Part shown: positions 15,693 to 29,550 of the stretch, piece by piece
Position numbering within the stretch: position 1 is the stretch's first letter
Layout: each line of letters starts with the position of its first letter
From: the human T2T-CHM13v2.0 reference genome, Homo sapiens
Assembly: GCF_009914755.1 (NCBI RefSeq)
Contig: NC_060942.1
Length of the DNA stretch: 64,000 nucleotides
Strand: one strand, 5' to 3'
The notes under the pieces: model-generated
The model's input: only the letters and a program-made list of their open reading frames with translations
Database searches by the model: none
What the model was told of the DNA's origin: nothing
Translations under genes and position numbers: made by a program

Positions 15693-17909
15693 GTTTTTAA
15701 ATTTTTAATTCTCATAGCCTTGTGTTTGAAGTGGGATGTGGGTATTTCTGCAGGACCTTGCCTCACATTGTTGACCACCTTCCCCACCGCTCCACACCCT
15801 TCCATCTGTTCTCCAAAAAGACTCTTACAATGCATGGATTATAATTTGACTCAGTGCCATCCTCACAAAGTGTATATCTTTTCATTTACAGTCATGTCTA
15901 CTCCTCCTAACCTTACTTGTGGAATGGAGGGCTTTGCCCAAAGCTAAGGCAAATCTGGCCCATGGGGATATGACATGGAGCAGCGTGGGTGTCAGGGCTT
16001 TGGCTTGCCCTGATGCCACATGACATCTACACCCAGCCTTGGATGCCACTGTCTTGCAGGCTTCCTAGGGTACCCTCCAGTGCTGAGCCAGTGGGAGCAG
16101 GAGGATGTTGCTGAAGGTCTATCTGCTCCTCCCATTCTCACCCCATCCCCTGCAGCTTTCCTGCCACAGATTCATTATTTTGGAGGATTCAGACTTTCTT
16201 CTCCCTGTGTTCTTTCTCTTCCAAGCCACCAATCCCTATTTAGATCTTCCTAGCACCCCTAAATCTACAATCCATATCTTGGTAAGCAAAGATGGCTTTT
16301 GAGTAGAAGGTAATCCTCCCGTCACCCTGCTCTGGACACACAGGGAACTAGCCAGGCTGGGAAGTTTCCTTGAAAACCTTAGTTTCTTAGCAAGAAGAAG
16401 TGATATTATGCATATGAAGAACAAATATTCTATGATTCATTGTATTAGGAAAAAAATGTCCACTTGATGCGGATTATAGATATTTGAAATGAACAAGCTA
16501 AGAAAAGAAGAAACTACAATTTGGGTTTGTTTTGTTTGGGGCTTCTCAACACTTACGCCCAAGGACTGCATAGCACAGTAATCACCATATATCTCATTGA
16601 CTATGCCAAATTAACTTTGTTATAAAGTTTCATTTCATTACAAAAGAAAACAAAGCAGTATATAACAGAGAGAGCTCTAAGCCAATACATTTCTACAATA
16701 TTGAAGTACATGTCTATACTCCATGTACATATATTTGTTGTAATCTGTTCTAAATGCATTTTGGGTCTCTGCTATTGCTTTTGTATCTTCTCAAAACTAT
16801 TAAAGATGACAAGAACAGGAGTTTTTTAATGGCTACTCAATAGTTAATCTGATAAACTAATTAAGCAATGGCTGTGATAGTTAATAATGTCTCAGAGCTT
16901 ACCACACCCAGAGAATATGCTGCATTTTAACAAATTCCTTGAACATTTTATCCAAAGATAGAGAAGAGGAAGAAATTTAATTACTTATATAGTATTAGGT
17001 TAATTTGGAGATATTTTGAATAGATTTTTTGGTACTTTATAATAAATCATACATTTAGAAGGTAGATGTATTTCCCTCTCTAGATGAAACTGGTTCTTGT
17101 CCTAAGGAAAACAATTTATTATATAATAGCACCCACAGAAACTTGTGATAGACAGGTGTGCTCTTAATTTTTTTAAATCTTTTGCGATTTGATGGATGAA
17201 AAATGAAAATAGGACCTTAATCCTTTTGTCTTGCATATCTTTGAGCATTAATAGAATTGAATTTAAGATATCTTTGGTTATCTACTTTGTTTTGTAAATT
17301 GTCCTCTTTCCTTTTAGTGTTTTTACCTTCTCTTGGATTTATATAAGCTCTCTTTATGGTAAAAGCTATTATAATATTATAATCAATAAAATGTCCAAAG
17401 AAATAAATGAAAGGGGCTTATTTTTCTTACTTTATAATAACTCAAGTTTCTAATTTTGTAAATTTGCAAGAATAGGGACTAGCTACAGTGGAATGCAATA
17501 CCTCTCTCTGTTCATCCAGCATTCTGGCCTCTGTTGTTGAATTAGCTGTCTCCCCTAAAGGACTGCACATGGCATTTTTCTTTCTCTTTTTTGACATTTA
17601 AAATATTTCTAATTTGGCCAAGTTAAAAAGGCTAGAAAAGAAAACATATCAGTTTCCTATAATGAATCACAAGAGATTTTTCTACTGTGTGACTGGCATT
17701 ATATTTGCCAAAAGTGAGAGGTTAAGACATATGAAGGTTTGATTCATCAGCAGAAACAGTTGCTAAATGTCACATTTAAACTGTCATTACTGTTAGTCAA
17801 ATATGCAAGACAGTGGGACCCCACACTGGACAATCCTTTCTAAGGGAATCTTAGAATCCCTTTACATTCATTTTCCAGACTGTTTCCTCTTTATTGCCTA
17901 CCTCTCTCT

Positions 17910-18320
17910 TATTTGTTAGGAAGTATTTCAGACATCAAAACATGTAGAGAATAATCTAGCAAATACCAATTTGCCCCTACCCAGCTTAATCACAAAAGCA
18001 GTGGAAACTTCCTGAATTATTCTCCATCCCAAACATCCTGTTCCCCCCCCCCATCTAGAGGTAAACACAATCCTAGATTTAGTTGCATTGATCCCATGCT
18101 TGATGTTATCCTTGTGTTGCATGTAAATGTACCTCTTAGCAATATATAGGACTGACTGGTTTGCATGTTTTTTTTTTTTAAGTTTCTGTAAATGATATAG
18201 CATGTGACTTTTGCTTGACATTGTATTTTACAGATTTATCCATGTGGCTACTTGAAGCTGTAGTTCACTTATTTTTCATTGCTATATAATATTCCATTGT
18301 ATGACTTCCCACTTAACTTG
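17910..18320 (-). mobile_element. Old L1ME-type 3' fragment
   Basis: agatttatccatgtgg...cattgctatataatattccattgtatg antisense L1 motifs. Confidence 0.55.
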
Positions 18321-18344
18321 TTCTTCTTGAAATTCATCTCCCTT

Positions 18345-19089
<745 letters not shown>

Positions 19090-19411
19090 ATATTATCTTT
19101 TTTTAATCTGCTATTTCTTCTCATTCTGTGCCACTCTATACATAGATATAGAATGAAATGGAAATGGTTTGCTCTGGAAGGTCTGACTCATTATTGTTTG
19201 CTGATTTGCATTCAGTTCAGGGTTTACCTGCTAGCAGGGCTGCTAAGGTCCCAGGCTGGTTAATGCTTTATTCCCACACCATCATAATACCTGCACTGAC
19301 CTTCTGACTTACTACTACCTGCCACAAACTTATGAAATGAGTGAAGTGTGTCACCAGAAACACAGGCTTTCCTGATTTTTGAACTCTCACACAAAATCTA
19401 ATGGAGCTTTA

Positions 19412-20075
<664 letters not shown>

Positions 20076-21202
20076 CTATCATAGAACTTTAGACATCTGC
20101 AAATGGGAGTGGGGACCAGAAGGTGTGTCTTTGGCCTGGCAACATTGTACAGTGAAAAGTGCAGGAATGTGGGAATCAGACTAAGCCAGCCCCTGACCCA
20201 GCTCTGCTGCATGCTGGTGATAAGACAGTGGCCAGTTACCCCTTCTCCACCTAAATCTCCTCGTTTATGAAGTAAACTGCCTTCCAGGATCTTACAGATC
20301 GTGCATATTACATATGCAGAGAGCAGACCCCTAGGACAGAGTAGATACTAAATGCGTGTTAGTTTCCTTGTTTCCTTTCTTCCCCTGATTGCTCTTCGTG
20401 GGAGTCTGGTTCCCACACAGATAAGACTGATTGCTTCCCCACCCCAGCATCTGGGAGGGGCTGAGAGGAGTGCTTGATAGCATCCTAACAACTATCTTCA
20501 GAAAGGACATCCTGGGTTTTAAACAATTGACTACAAAAATCAGAATAAAAAGTAAATTAAGATTAATGCACTGCATAGATTTAGTTTCATAGGCTAGAAA
20601 TCTCCCACATTATACCTTCTGCCTGGCAGGACATAGAAAATAATCATTCCAATGCCAAGCTCCTTGAGTCACCTATAACTGCTCAAATTTGAGACTTCTG
20701 TGGGCATCCCCTCAGCCACCTCTCCCTAAATGTCTGCAGAGTCCCTAGAGAGCCACAGTGTCCAGTCTTCCAGCTCCTAATCCTACCGTAGCTGCTGGCA
20801 AACATCCAGCCCGAGTCTATTTCCAGCCATCTCCCGTGGCTCCAGCTTCTCTCCTGTTCACAGCAGCACACCGGCTTGGTCCTTCTCTAGATGCCAAAGC
20901 TGCATTTCTCCAGGAGGATTTTATAGATAGGAGTTCATCAGATTTTTTTTTCATTTGTAAGTGAAGGAAACTTGATTCAAACCAGCTCCGGGATAAACCA
21001 GTAGGAGGTTTACTGGGTCTGGTAGCTCTGAGGGCCAAGGCTGGGCTGGATCAGATGTGGTTGGATCCAGACTCCCAACCTCCGCCTCCTCCACTGCCCA
21101 GTGTGTGTGCACATGCGTCTGTCTGTCTTAGCTCTGCCTCCCTTTGCCCATTGTCCTTGTCTCCCACCATGTACAGGCTAACTCCATGGAGAGAGAAAGT
21201 GA

Positions 21203-21608
<406 letters not shown>

Positions 21609-21720
21609 TAAATGCCAATACATAGATAGTTCTATCAGTATTATAGGAAGTGAGAGCAAGTCGGGCAGTCTGGAACAAAAAGAAGAGTTCTGGGTGGATG
21701 AAGAATATCAGATATCCTAG

Positions 21721-23712
21721 TGAGAGGTGACAACGTGCTGGCAGCCCTGGGTCACTCTCAGCACCTCCTCGGCCTGGGCTTCTGCTCTGGCCATGCTTGA
21801 GGAGCCCTTCAGGCTGCCGCTGCACTGTGGGAGACCCTCTCTCGGCTGGCAGAGGCTGGAGCTGGCTCCCTTTGCTGGCGGGGAGGTGTGGAGGGAGAAT
21901 TGGGGGCGGGAACCGGTGCTGAGCATGGAGTTCTGGGTGGGTGCGGACTCAGCAGGCCCCATGCTCGGAGTGGCGCCGGCCCCGGCAGTGAGGGGCTTAG
22001 CACCTGGGCCAGCAGCTGCAGAGGGTGCGCCGGGTCCCCCAACACTGCCTGCCTGCCTGTGCAGCGCTCGAATTCTCATCGGGCCTCAGCCTCCTCCCCA
22101 AGGGGCAGGGCTTGGGACCTGCAGCCTACCATGCCCGAACCACCCTGCGGTGGGCTCCTGCACGGCTGGAGCCTCCCCAACGGGCACCACCCCCTGCTTC
22201 GCAGCACCGGGTCCCATCGACTGCCCAAGGGCTGGGGGATTGCAGGCACGCAGCATGGGACTGGCGGGCAGCACCACCCAAGACCCCAGGGTGGGATCTA
22301 CTAGCTGAAGCCAGCTGGGCTCCTGAGTTGGGTGGGGACTTAGAGAACTTTTATGTCTAGCTTGAGGATTTTATATACACCAATCAGCACTCTGTGTCTA
22401 GCTCGGGGTTTGTGGATGCACCAATCAGCACTTTGTATCTAGTTAATCTGGTGGGGACTTGGAGAACTTTTAAGTCTAGCTGGAGGATTGTGAATGCACC
22501 AATCAGCACTCTGTGTGTAGCTCAAGGTTTGTGAATGCACCAATCAGCACTCTGTGTCTAGCTCAAGGTTTGTAAACGCACCAGTCAGTGTTCTGTGTCT
22601 AGCTAATCTAGTGGGCGACTTGGAGAACTTTTATGTCCAGCTAAAGGACTGTAAATACACCAATCAACATTCTGTGTCTGGCTCAAAGTTTGTAAATGCA
22701 CCAATCAGCACTCTGTATCTAGCTAATCTGGTGACGACTTGGAGAACTTTTACATCTAGCTAAAGGTTTGTAAATACACCAATCAGCACTCTGTGTCCAG
22801 CTCAAGGTTTGTAAACACACCAATCAGCACCCTATGTTTAGCTCAAGGTTTGTAAATGCACCAATCAGCACCCTGTGTCTAGCTCAAGGTTTGTAAACAC
22901 ACCAATCAGCACCCTGTGTCTAGCTCAAGGTTTGTAAATGCACCAATCAGCACCCTGTGTCTAGCTCAAAGTTTGTAAACACACCAATCAGCACTCTGTA
23001 TCTAGCTAATCTGGTGAGGACTTGGAGAACTTTTATGTCTAGCTAGAGGATTGTAAATGCACCAATTAGCACTCTGTGTCTAGCTCAGGGATTGTAAATG
23101 CACCAATTAGCACCCCGTCAAAACAGACGAATCAGTTCTCTGTAAAACGGACCAATCAGCTCTCTGTAAATTGGACCAATCAGCTCTCTGTAAAATGGAC
23201 CAATCAGCAGGATGTGGGTGGGGCCAGATAAGGGAATGAAAGCAGGCTGCCCAAGCTGGCAGCAGCAATCCTCCCGGGTCCCGTTTTACACAGTGGAAGC
23301 TTTGTTCTTTTGCTGTTTGCAAGAAATCTTGCTGTTGTTCACTCTTTGGGACAGCACTGCCTTTATGAGCTGTAACATTCATCGTGAAGGTCTGCAGTTT
23401 CACTCCTGAGGCCAGTGAGACCAGGAACCTACCAGGAGGAATGAACAACTCCGGACAGGAGGAAGGAGCAACTCCAGCGACACCTTAAGAGTTGTAACAC
23501 TCACCGCGAAGGTCTGCAGCTTAACTTCTGAAACCAGCGAGACCACAAACCCAGCAGAAGGAAGAAACTCCTAACACGTCTGAACATCAGAAGGAACGAA
23601 CTCAGGACTCACTATCTTTAAGAACTGTAACACTCACTGCAACACTCACCGCGAGGGTCCGCAGCTTCATTCTTGAAATCAGTGAGACCAAGAACCACCA
23701 ATTCCAGACACA
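21721..23712 (+). mobile_element. Solo ERV9 LTR (LTR12C/D/E type), ~2.0 kb
   Basis: Starts tgagaggtgacaacgtgctggcag, ends ccaattccagacaca; 4-bp TSD ctag (21717-21720, 23713-23716); GC-rich 5' U3, CCAAT repeat array, GATA site, U5 repeats. Confidence 0.95.
22370..23215 (+). repeat. LTR12 U3 tandem array (~41-bp caccaatcagcactctgtgtctagctcaaggtttgtaaatg units plus ~24-bp units)
   Basis: 17 CCAAT boxes counted by eye. Confidence 0.9.
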
Positions 23713-23859
23713 CTAGGGCCCAAAGGACTTTCAAGGTCCTGCATTCTGGAAAAAAAAAAAGTAATAGAAATAAAAAAAACACTGTAGGTGACTGGCTGAG
23801 ATTGAGCCTGACCTGCATTCACAGGCCTCATTTTTCAGTCACTGCAGAGGTAGGAGACC

Positions 23860-24493
23860 TTGACTCCTATCTACTGAGATGTTAATGCTCACCAAGGTTT
23901 CTCCTGCCCTTCCTGGGTGTCTGGAAGATCACGTTTGCTGCCTGTTGAATGAGCTGTGTTCAAGTGGCTTCCTTTGAGCAATAATGTATGAGCAGAAGTG
24001 ATATGGGTCACCTCAGGGTGGAGGCTTTTGAGGGTCATTGTGCAACTCTGCACACCCTTCTCCCCAAGCCAAGCCACAACCGTGAAGTTTTTTTTGTTTT
24101 TTTTTTTATACGAAGTCTCACCCTGTTGCCAGGCTGGAGGGCAATGACGCGATCTCGGCTCACTGCAACCTCCGCCTCCCAGGTTCTAGCAATTCTCCTG
24201 CATCCACCTCCTGAGCAGCTGGGATTACAGGTACGCACCACCCTGCCCAGCCAATTTTTGTGTTTTTAGTAGAGACGGGGTTTCACCATGTTGACCCGCA
24301 TGGTCTTGATTTTTTGACCAAAGAGATTCTTATGATGAGAAATTCTTATGGTGGAGCTAAACAAAGCAGCATGCAATGAGGAGCCAGCTCATGGTAGGAT
24401 TTGAAATGAGGAATTAACATTTGCATCTTAAGCCACTGTGATTTGGAGGTTGTTGCTGTAGCATTAATTCCCTAGCTGGTCCTGATTGATACA
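23860..24493 (+). mobile_element. Old MaLR LTR (MLT1K/L-like) interrupted by an Alu
   Basis: gagcagaagtgatatgggtcacctcaggg...ttaagccactgtgatttggaggttgttg...ctgattgataca. Confidence 0.55.
24088..24319 (-). mobile_element. 5'-truncated Alu (AluS)
   Basis: Antisense Alu ending after ...tcttgattttttgacc. Confidence 0.85.
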
Positions 24494-24672
24494 GTTGGGC
24501 ATTGGAAAAACTATATAGTTCTACTTTGTCAATAAAGTCTGTGAAATTGAACATGTGCTTTAATTTTTCTGAGCATAAATTTGCCTTTGCATGTTGCTTG
24601 ATATTATTGCAGAGAAGAGCATTAGGTAACCATTAGCAGAAGAGAATTTTTTTTTTTTTTAATGCGAATGGT

Positions 24673-25020
24673 GTCAGAGACTGGCCAGATGCTCACCAGT
24701 ACCAGTACTCACTGGTCCTGCACTTAAGAAAACTACATTTCCCAGCCTGCCTTACAGTTGAGTTGGGACCGTGTGACTGACTTCTGGCTGGATGTGGGCA
24801 GAATCATATCCTCGCCTTCTGGGCCAGTCGTAAAACATTCCATGTGCGAGCTTTCTTGTTTCCTCTTCTCTTTGTAATTTGTGAAGTTAAAAGCAAAGAA
24901 CTCAATGATGATGGGCATACAATAACAGGAGCCCAATCCTTGAATTAGCATTGTAGGATAAACCTGGAGGATTCCTGTCCCTGAAAATCATACACAGCAT
25001 AGCCTCATCTACTCTAAATA
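24673..25020 (+). mobile_element. Old MaLR LTR (MLT1J-like)
   Basis: actacatttcccagcctgccttacagttgagttgggaccgtgtgactgacttctggc. Confidence 0.6.
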
Positions 25021-25388
25021 GTATTCTATGTAAGAAATGTGTCAAGACAGTGGTCCCAGAGTTCAGAGAAGGTAGGATGGGTGGTTCTGTGATTTAATGA
25101 GGAGCATGGAGCCACCACCATAGCCTAAGGGCCTGACGCCTATAACCAATATTCCAAGCTTCTGGCTGTTACTTAAATTGATGATGACTAAACTCAACTG
25201 AGTGGGTGCCAACTTTGAGCAAGCCACTCTAAGATGGAGAATCTTCACAAACCACTTCCAAGTTAATTTCTGTGTGCCTGCTGTGCCTTGTGTTTGAGGA
25301 GCATCTCTGCTCCTCTGGTCTGCGCCCTGAGGGCTGTGAGACTCTCTGCTCCTGGGGAGGGGTCTTCCCATCATCAACACCAAGCTGA

Positions 25389-25859
<471 letters not shown>

Positions 25860-25982
25860 TAAAAGCCATGGTCTTTCATAATGTTCTAGATTTATCCTTA
25901 AATATCCTTGGGTTGGGGGTGATGCCTGTTATGAAGTAAAGTTTAAATACTTTAATTTGGGTTTTGAAATTCAAACTCAAGA

Positions 25983-26732
25983 TGTGTCTGGAATTGGTTC
26001 CTTCCGGTGGGTTCTTGGTCTTGCTGACTTCAAGAATGAAGCCGTGGACCCTCGCCGTGAGTGTTATAGCTCTTAGTGTGTCTGGAGTTTGTTCCTTCAG
26101 ATGTTCAAATGTGTCCGGAGTTTATTCCTTCTAGTGGGTTCGTGGTCTTGCTGATTTCAGGAGTGAAGCTGCAGACCTTCTCAGTGAGTGTTACAGCTCT
26201 TAAAGGTGGCGTGTCCAGAGTTGTTTGTTCCTCCCAGTGGGTTTGTGATCTCGCTGACTTCAGAAATGAAGCCACAGACACTCCTGGTGAGTGTTACAGC
26301 TCATAAAGGTAGTGGGGACCCAAAGAGTGAGCAGCAGCAAGACTTATTGTGAAGAGGGAAAGAACAAAGCTTCCACCCGGCGTGGAAGGGGAACCGAGCG
26401 GGTTGCTGCTGCTGGCTTGCATGGCCAGCTTTTATTCCCTTATTTGGCCCCACCCATGTCCTGCTGATGAGTCCATTTTACAGAGCGCTGATTGGTCCGT
26501 TTTACAGAGTGCTGATTGCTCTGTTTTACAGAGTGCTGATTGGTGTGTTTACAAACCTTTAGCTAGACACAGAGCACTGATTGGTGCGTTTTTACAGAGT
26601 GCTGATTGGTGCGTTTACAATCCTTTAGCTAGACACAGAGCGCTGATTGGTGCATTTACAATCCTCTAGCTAGACAGAAAAGTTCTCCATGTCCCCCCTC
26701 AACCCAGGATGTCTAGCTGGCTTCACCTGTCA
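25983..26732 (-). mobile_element. Solo ERV9 LTR (LTR12), ~750 bp
   Basis: Reverse complement starts tgacaggtgaagccagct, ends ccaattccagacaca; 4-bp TSD aaga (25979-25982, 26733-26736); gctgattggt CCAAT repeats. Confidence 0.95.
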
Positions 26733-27699
26733 AAGACATGCTGGATATGTTCTGTCTGAGACTTCAATCACATGTGTCTAAATTCAAAACCTTTTTTAGT
26801 TCCAATATTCCATGCTTTAGTTGGAAGAGGACTCTCCTTTTAGCTTAATAGGTGCTGGACATTGTGGTAGGTGCTTTATACAGTGAAATAGATATTGCTA
26901 ACCCCCAAAAAAACTCCTTCCCAAGAGGCATAGTCAATCTTTGAACGTTAGCCTGAATTCAGAGTTTGATTTTAACTATTTTGTACTACTATCTGCTCTT
27001 CTATTGTCCTGATTTTACACCCTTTAGAGGGTTGATGAAAACTACCCAGACTGGGGGGGTTACCTCCTTCTACAAAATGACCCCCGTCTCCACAGGACAG
27101 GAGGTGTCAGCATCCAGGATAAAGCAAGATGCTGAGAGGGAGGGAAGGAATGAAAGGATGAATGAAATAGACAAGCAACCCAGAAGTGCTTGAATCCACA
27201 TTTATTATACTTTTGCTAGAGTAGAACTTAAGAATAATGAAGCATGCCTCTCATCAGGTTTATTGTGGAATAAGTAATTTAGTAAACACAAAATAAAGCT
27301 GCTGAAAGATGACTTTAAAGCTGTTTGTTTCATGGAGCATAAAGGGTGATTTCGGTGCAAGCATTAAAACAATTATTCTGAAGCAATTATAGATGTAAGT
27401 GACCTCAGAGAGACTCTAAGTTGGCAATGGACCTTGCCCCAGAAGCTTGAGGTGGGGAAGGGGCACAGGCTATTCTTTATTTCAACAATGGCTCTTTTGC
27501 CCGTTACATAGTAGAGGAGAAAGAAATGATTCCAGGGCTACTTCTCACAACTGTGGCTGTATTTACATGCTTGCAATTGTGGGTGCTATTAAAGCGGACA
27601 ATAGAGTGATACTACGCAGTTGCAGTGTGTGGGAAAGAGCTCTATGTTGACTTCCTTTGCAGGAAGGATACTGAGTAAAAGATCTAATGATTCTAACCT

Positions 27700-27950
27700 C
27701 TACCAAGTATTGCCTCCATCTCCCCGCCAGCCCTGGACAAAGTGCTTCCCAGGCTTCATTTCATGCAAGCCTCACAACCACCCTCTACAGTGGTTTCATT
27801 TTCCTAAGTGCTTTCATTTTCCCTATCCTACAGGTGAGACACGGTAAGGAGCTCACCTAAAGGCTCCTAGTTAATAAGTGGCAGAGCCAGGATTTGAACC
27901 AACACCGTTTGGCTCCTGAGCCTGCACACAGAACCACAGCACTGCCCACC
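27700..27950 (-). mobile_element. MIR
   Basis: cctcacaaccaccct...acaggtgag...taagtggcagagccaggatttgaacc. Confidence 0.7.
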
Positions 27951-28735
27951 TGGAACTGTGCACCGACAGCCTGAGCTGCACAGACTCTAAGCTGCTGCCC
28001 CCTCTGGCTTATCCCAGCAGGCTGTCTGCCGCCAAGCTTAGCCTCCATGTGTCATTTGTATCCCCATGGGAAGATCAGGGTAGCCACCAACAGGGTAGTT
28101 CCTGGCAGCAACTCAAGAAAGGTACAGGAGCTAACAGGCTGTGGCGACCAGCAGGCCCCATCCCATGCCCCTCGGCCCCTGTTCCAGCTGCTGCTGTGGA
28201 TGGCACGACTTGCCATGCTGCCAGTGGTGCCACTCCAAGTGCCCTCTGCATCTTTTACTCCTTTTAGCCCCAGGTCTTTCTTCAACGCCCCCAGAGCTCA
28301 CTCAGCCAAACAAGACAACCCTGAAGTGGGGAGAGAGAAGGAGAGGGAGCCATCCATCAGAAAGGGTTGGGAGTCAGTGACTAGAAAGAAATAGAAGGAA
28401 ACCCAGAGGCATATCTATAATTTCCTTAGCGGGACCCCAGTGGAGACTGAGCCCCAGTTAGCCACGGGTCAGGCAGTTCAGCAACACCTGGCCACCATGT
28501 GAATTTCGCCATCCCCCCTTTCTCTCCCGACTTCTTTCTCTTGCTTCCTGGAGTTACCTAACAAATAAACTACCCGTGCACAAGCTCTTGTTTCCTGTGG
28601 AGGAAACCAAACTCAGGTCTGCAGGCACTCCCAGGCAATAGCAGTACTGGCAGAAATAACCAAGTCACTAGAACGGGCTCCGAGCGGCTCCCTGAGTGCC
28701 TGCCTCCACTCAGACACCTCGTTGTCCTTGCTTGC

Positions 28736-28755
28736 CCCTCTGCTAGATGGCGGTC
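28736..28755 (+). promoter_or_regulatory. Candidate CTCF site
   Basis: CTGCTAGATGGCGG versus core CCRSYAGRKGGCRS; motif only. Confidence 0.4.
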
Positions 28756-28764
28756 GGGTTCTCT

Positions 28765-29190
28765 GAAAGTAGAAGCTACTTTGGAGTTTGGAGGACAGGA
28801 TGGGCTTTGCAGATGGGCACCTGTTTTCAAAAGGAGAGGACAAAGCAGGATTGGGTAGAAAAAGTCCAAATGCAACTCAGGCCCTACCAAGCCAGCAGGG
28901 GGGGTCTGGAGCACAAATCACCCTCAGTGTTATCCTGGGTGGGGCCAAAATGGCCAAATGGCTGGGCCTTTATACCCTCTCCTTGCTGGGTAACTGACTG
29001 CAAGTTGCCCAGGAAGGGTGAGACCCTGGTAAGATGGCTCTCTGCAAGCTCTTTCCTGAGGGGACCTGGGAGGTGCAGCTGTGTCTGGTGCACTGTAAGA
29101 CAATGCTGTTTGCTGGTGGACACGTCTGTGCCCTGCTCTCCCGCTGAGGGCGGAGACCTGATGTTTTGTCTTCAACAACTGGAACATCCC
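28765..29190 (-). mobile_element. ERVL LTR (LTR16-like) fragment
   Basis: aagcaggattggg...gggcctttatacc...ccaggaagggtgagaccctggtaagatggctctctgca. Confidence 0.5.
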
Positions 29191-29257
29191 CTAGCATGAG
29201 TGGACAGCCAATAGGGGTCAAATGATTTAATAGCTAGTATTAACTATGGAAAAGCCC

Positions 29258-29550
29258 GGCCAGGCGCGGTGGCTCACGCCTGTAATCCCAGCACTTTGGG
29301 AGGCTGAGGCGGGTAGATCATGAGGTCAGGAGTTCAAGATCAGCCTGGCCAAGATAGTGAAACCATGTCTCTAGTAAAAATACAAAAAATTAGCCGGGCA
29401 TGATGGTGGGCACCTGTAATCCCAGCTACTCGGGAGGCTGAGGCAGAGAATTGCTTGAACCCAGGAGGCGGAGGTTGCAGTGAGCCGGGATTGCGCCACT
29501 GCACTCCAGCCTGGGTGACAGTCTCAAAAAAAAAGAATAATAATAATAAT
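29258..29550 (+). mobile_element. Alu (AluSg-like) within a MIR remnant
   Basis: Full dimer, (AAT)n tail, TSD atggaaaagc; MIR motifs follow (cattttacaggaagaaa...aggtcacacagctag). Confidence 0.95.

Noticed and set aside
16550-16820. Possible minus-strand exon (donor gtaagt at 16555-16550, acceptor near 16797)
   Set aside because: AT-rich context makes such signals common; no additional support.
21727-22308. 193-aa ORF and overlapping ORFs
   Set aside because: They lie within the GC-rich LTR12 U3, start at non-ATG codons in several cases, and show no protein-like homology.
22370-23215. Regular repeat array resembling CRISPR
   Set aside because: No unique spacers; it is the known LTR12 U3 tandem array in a primate genome.
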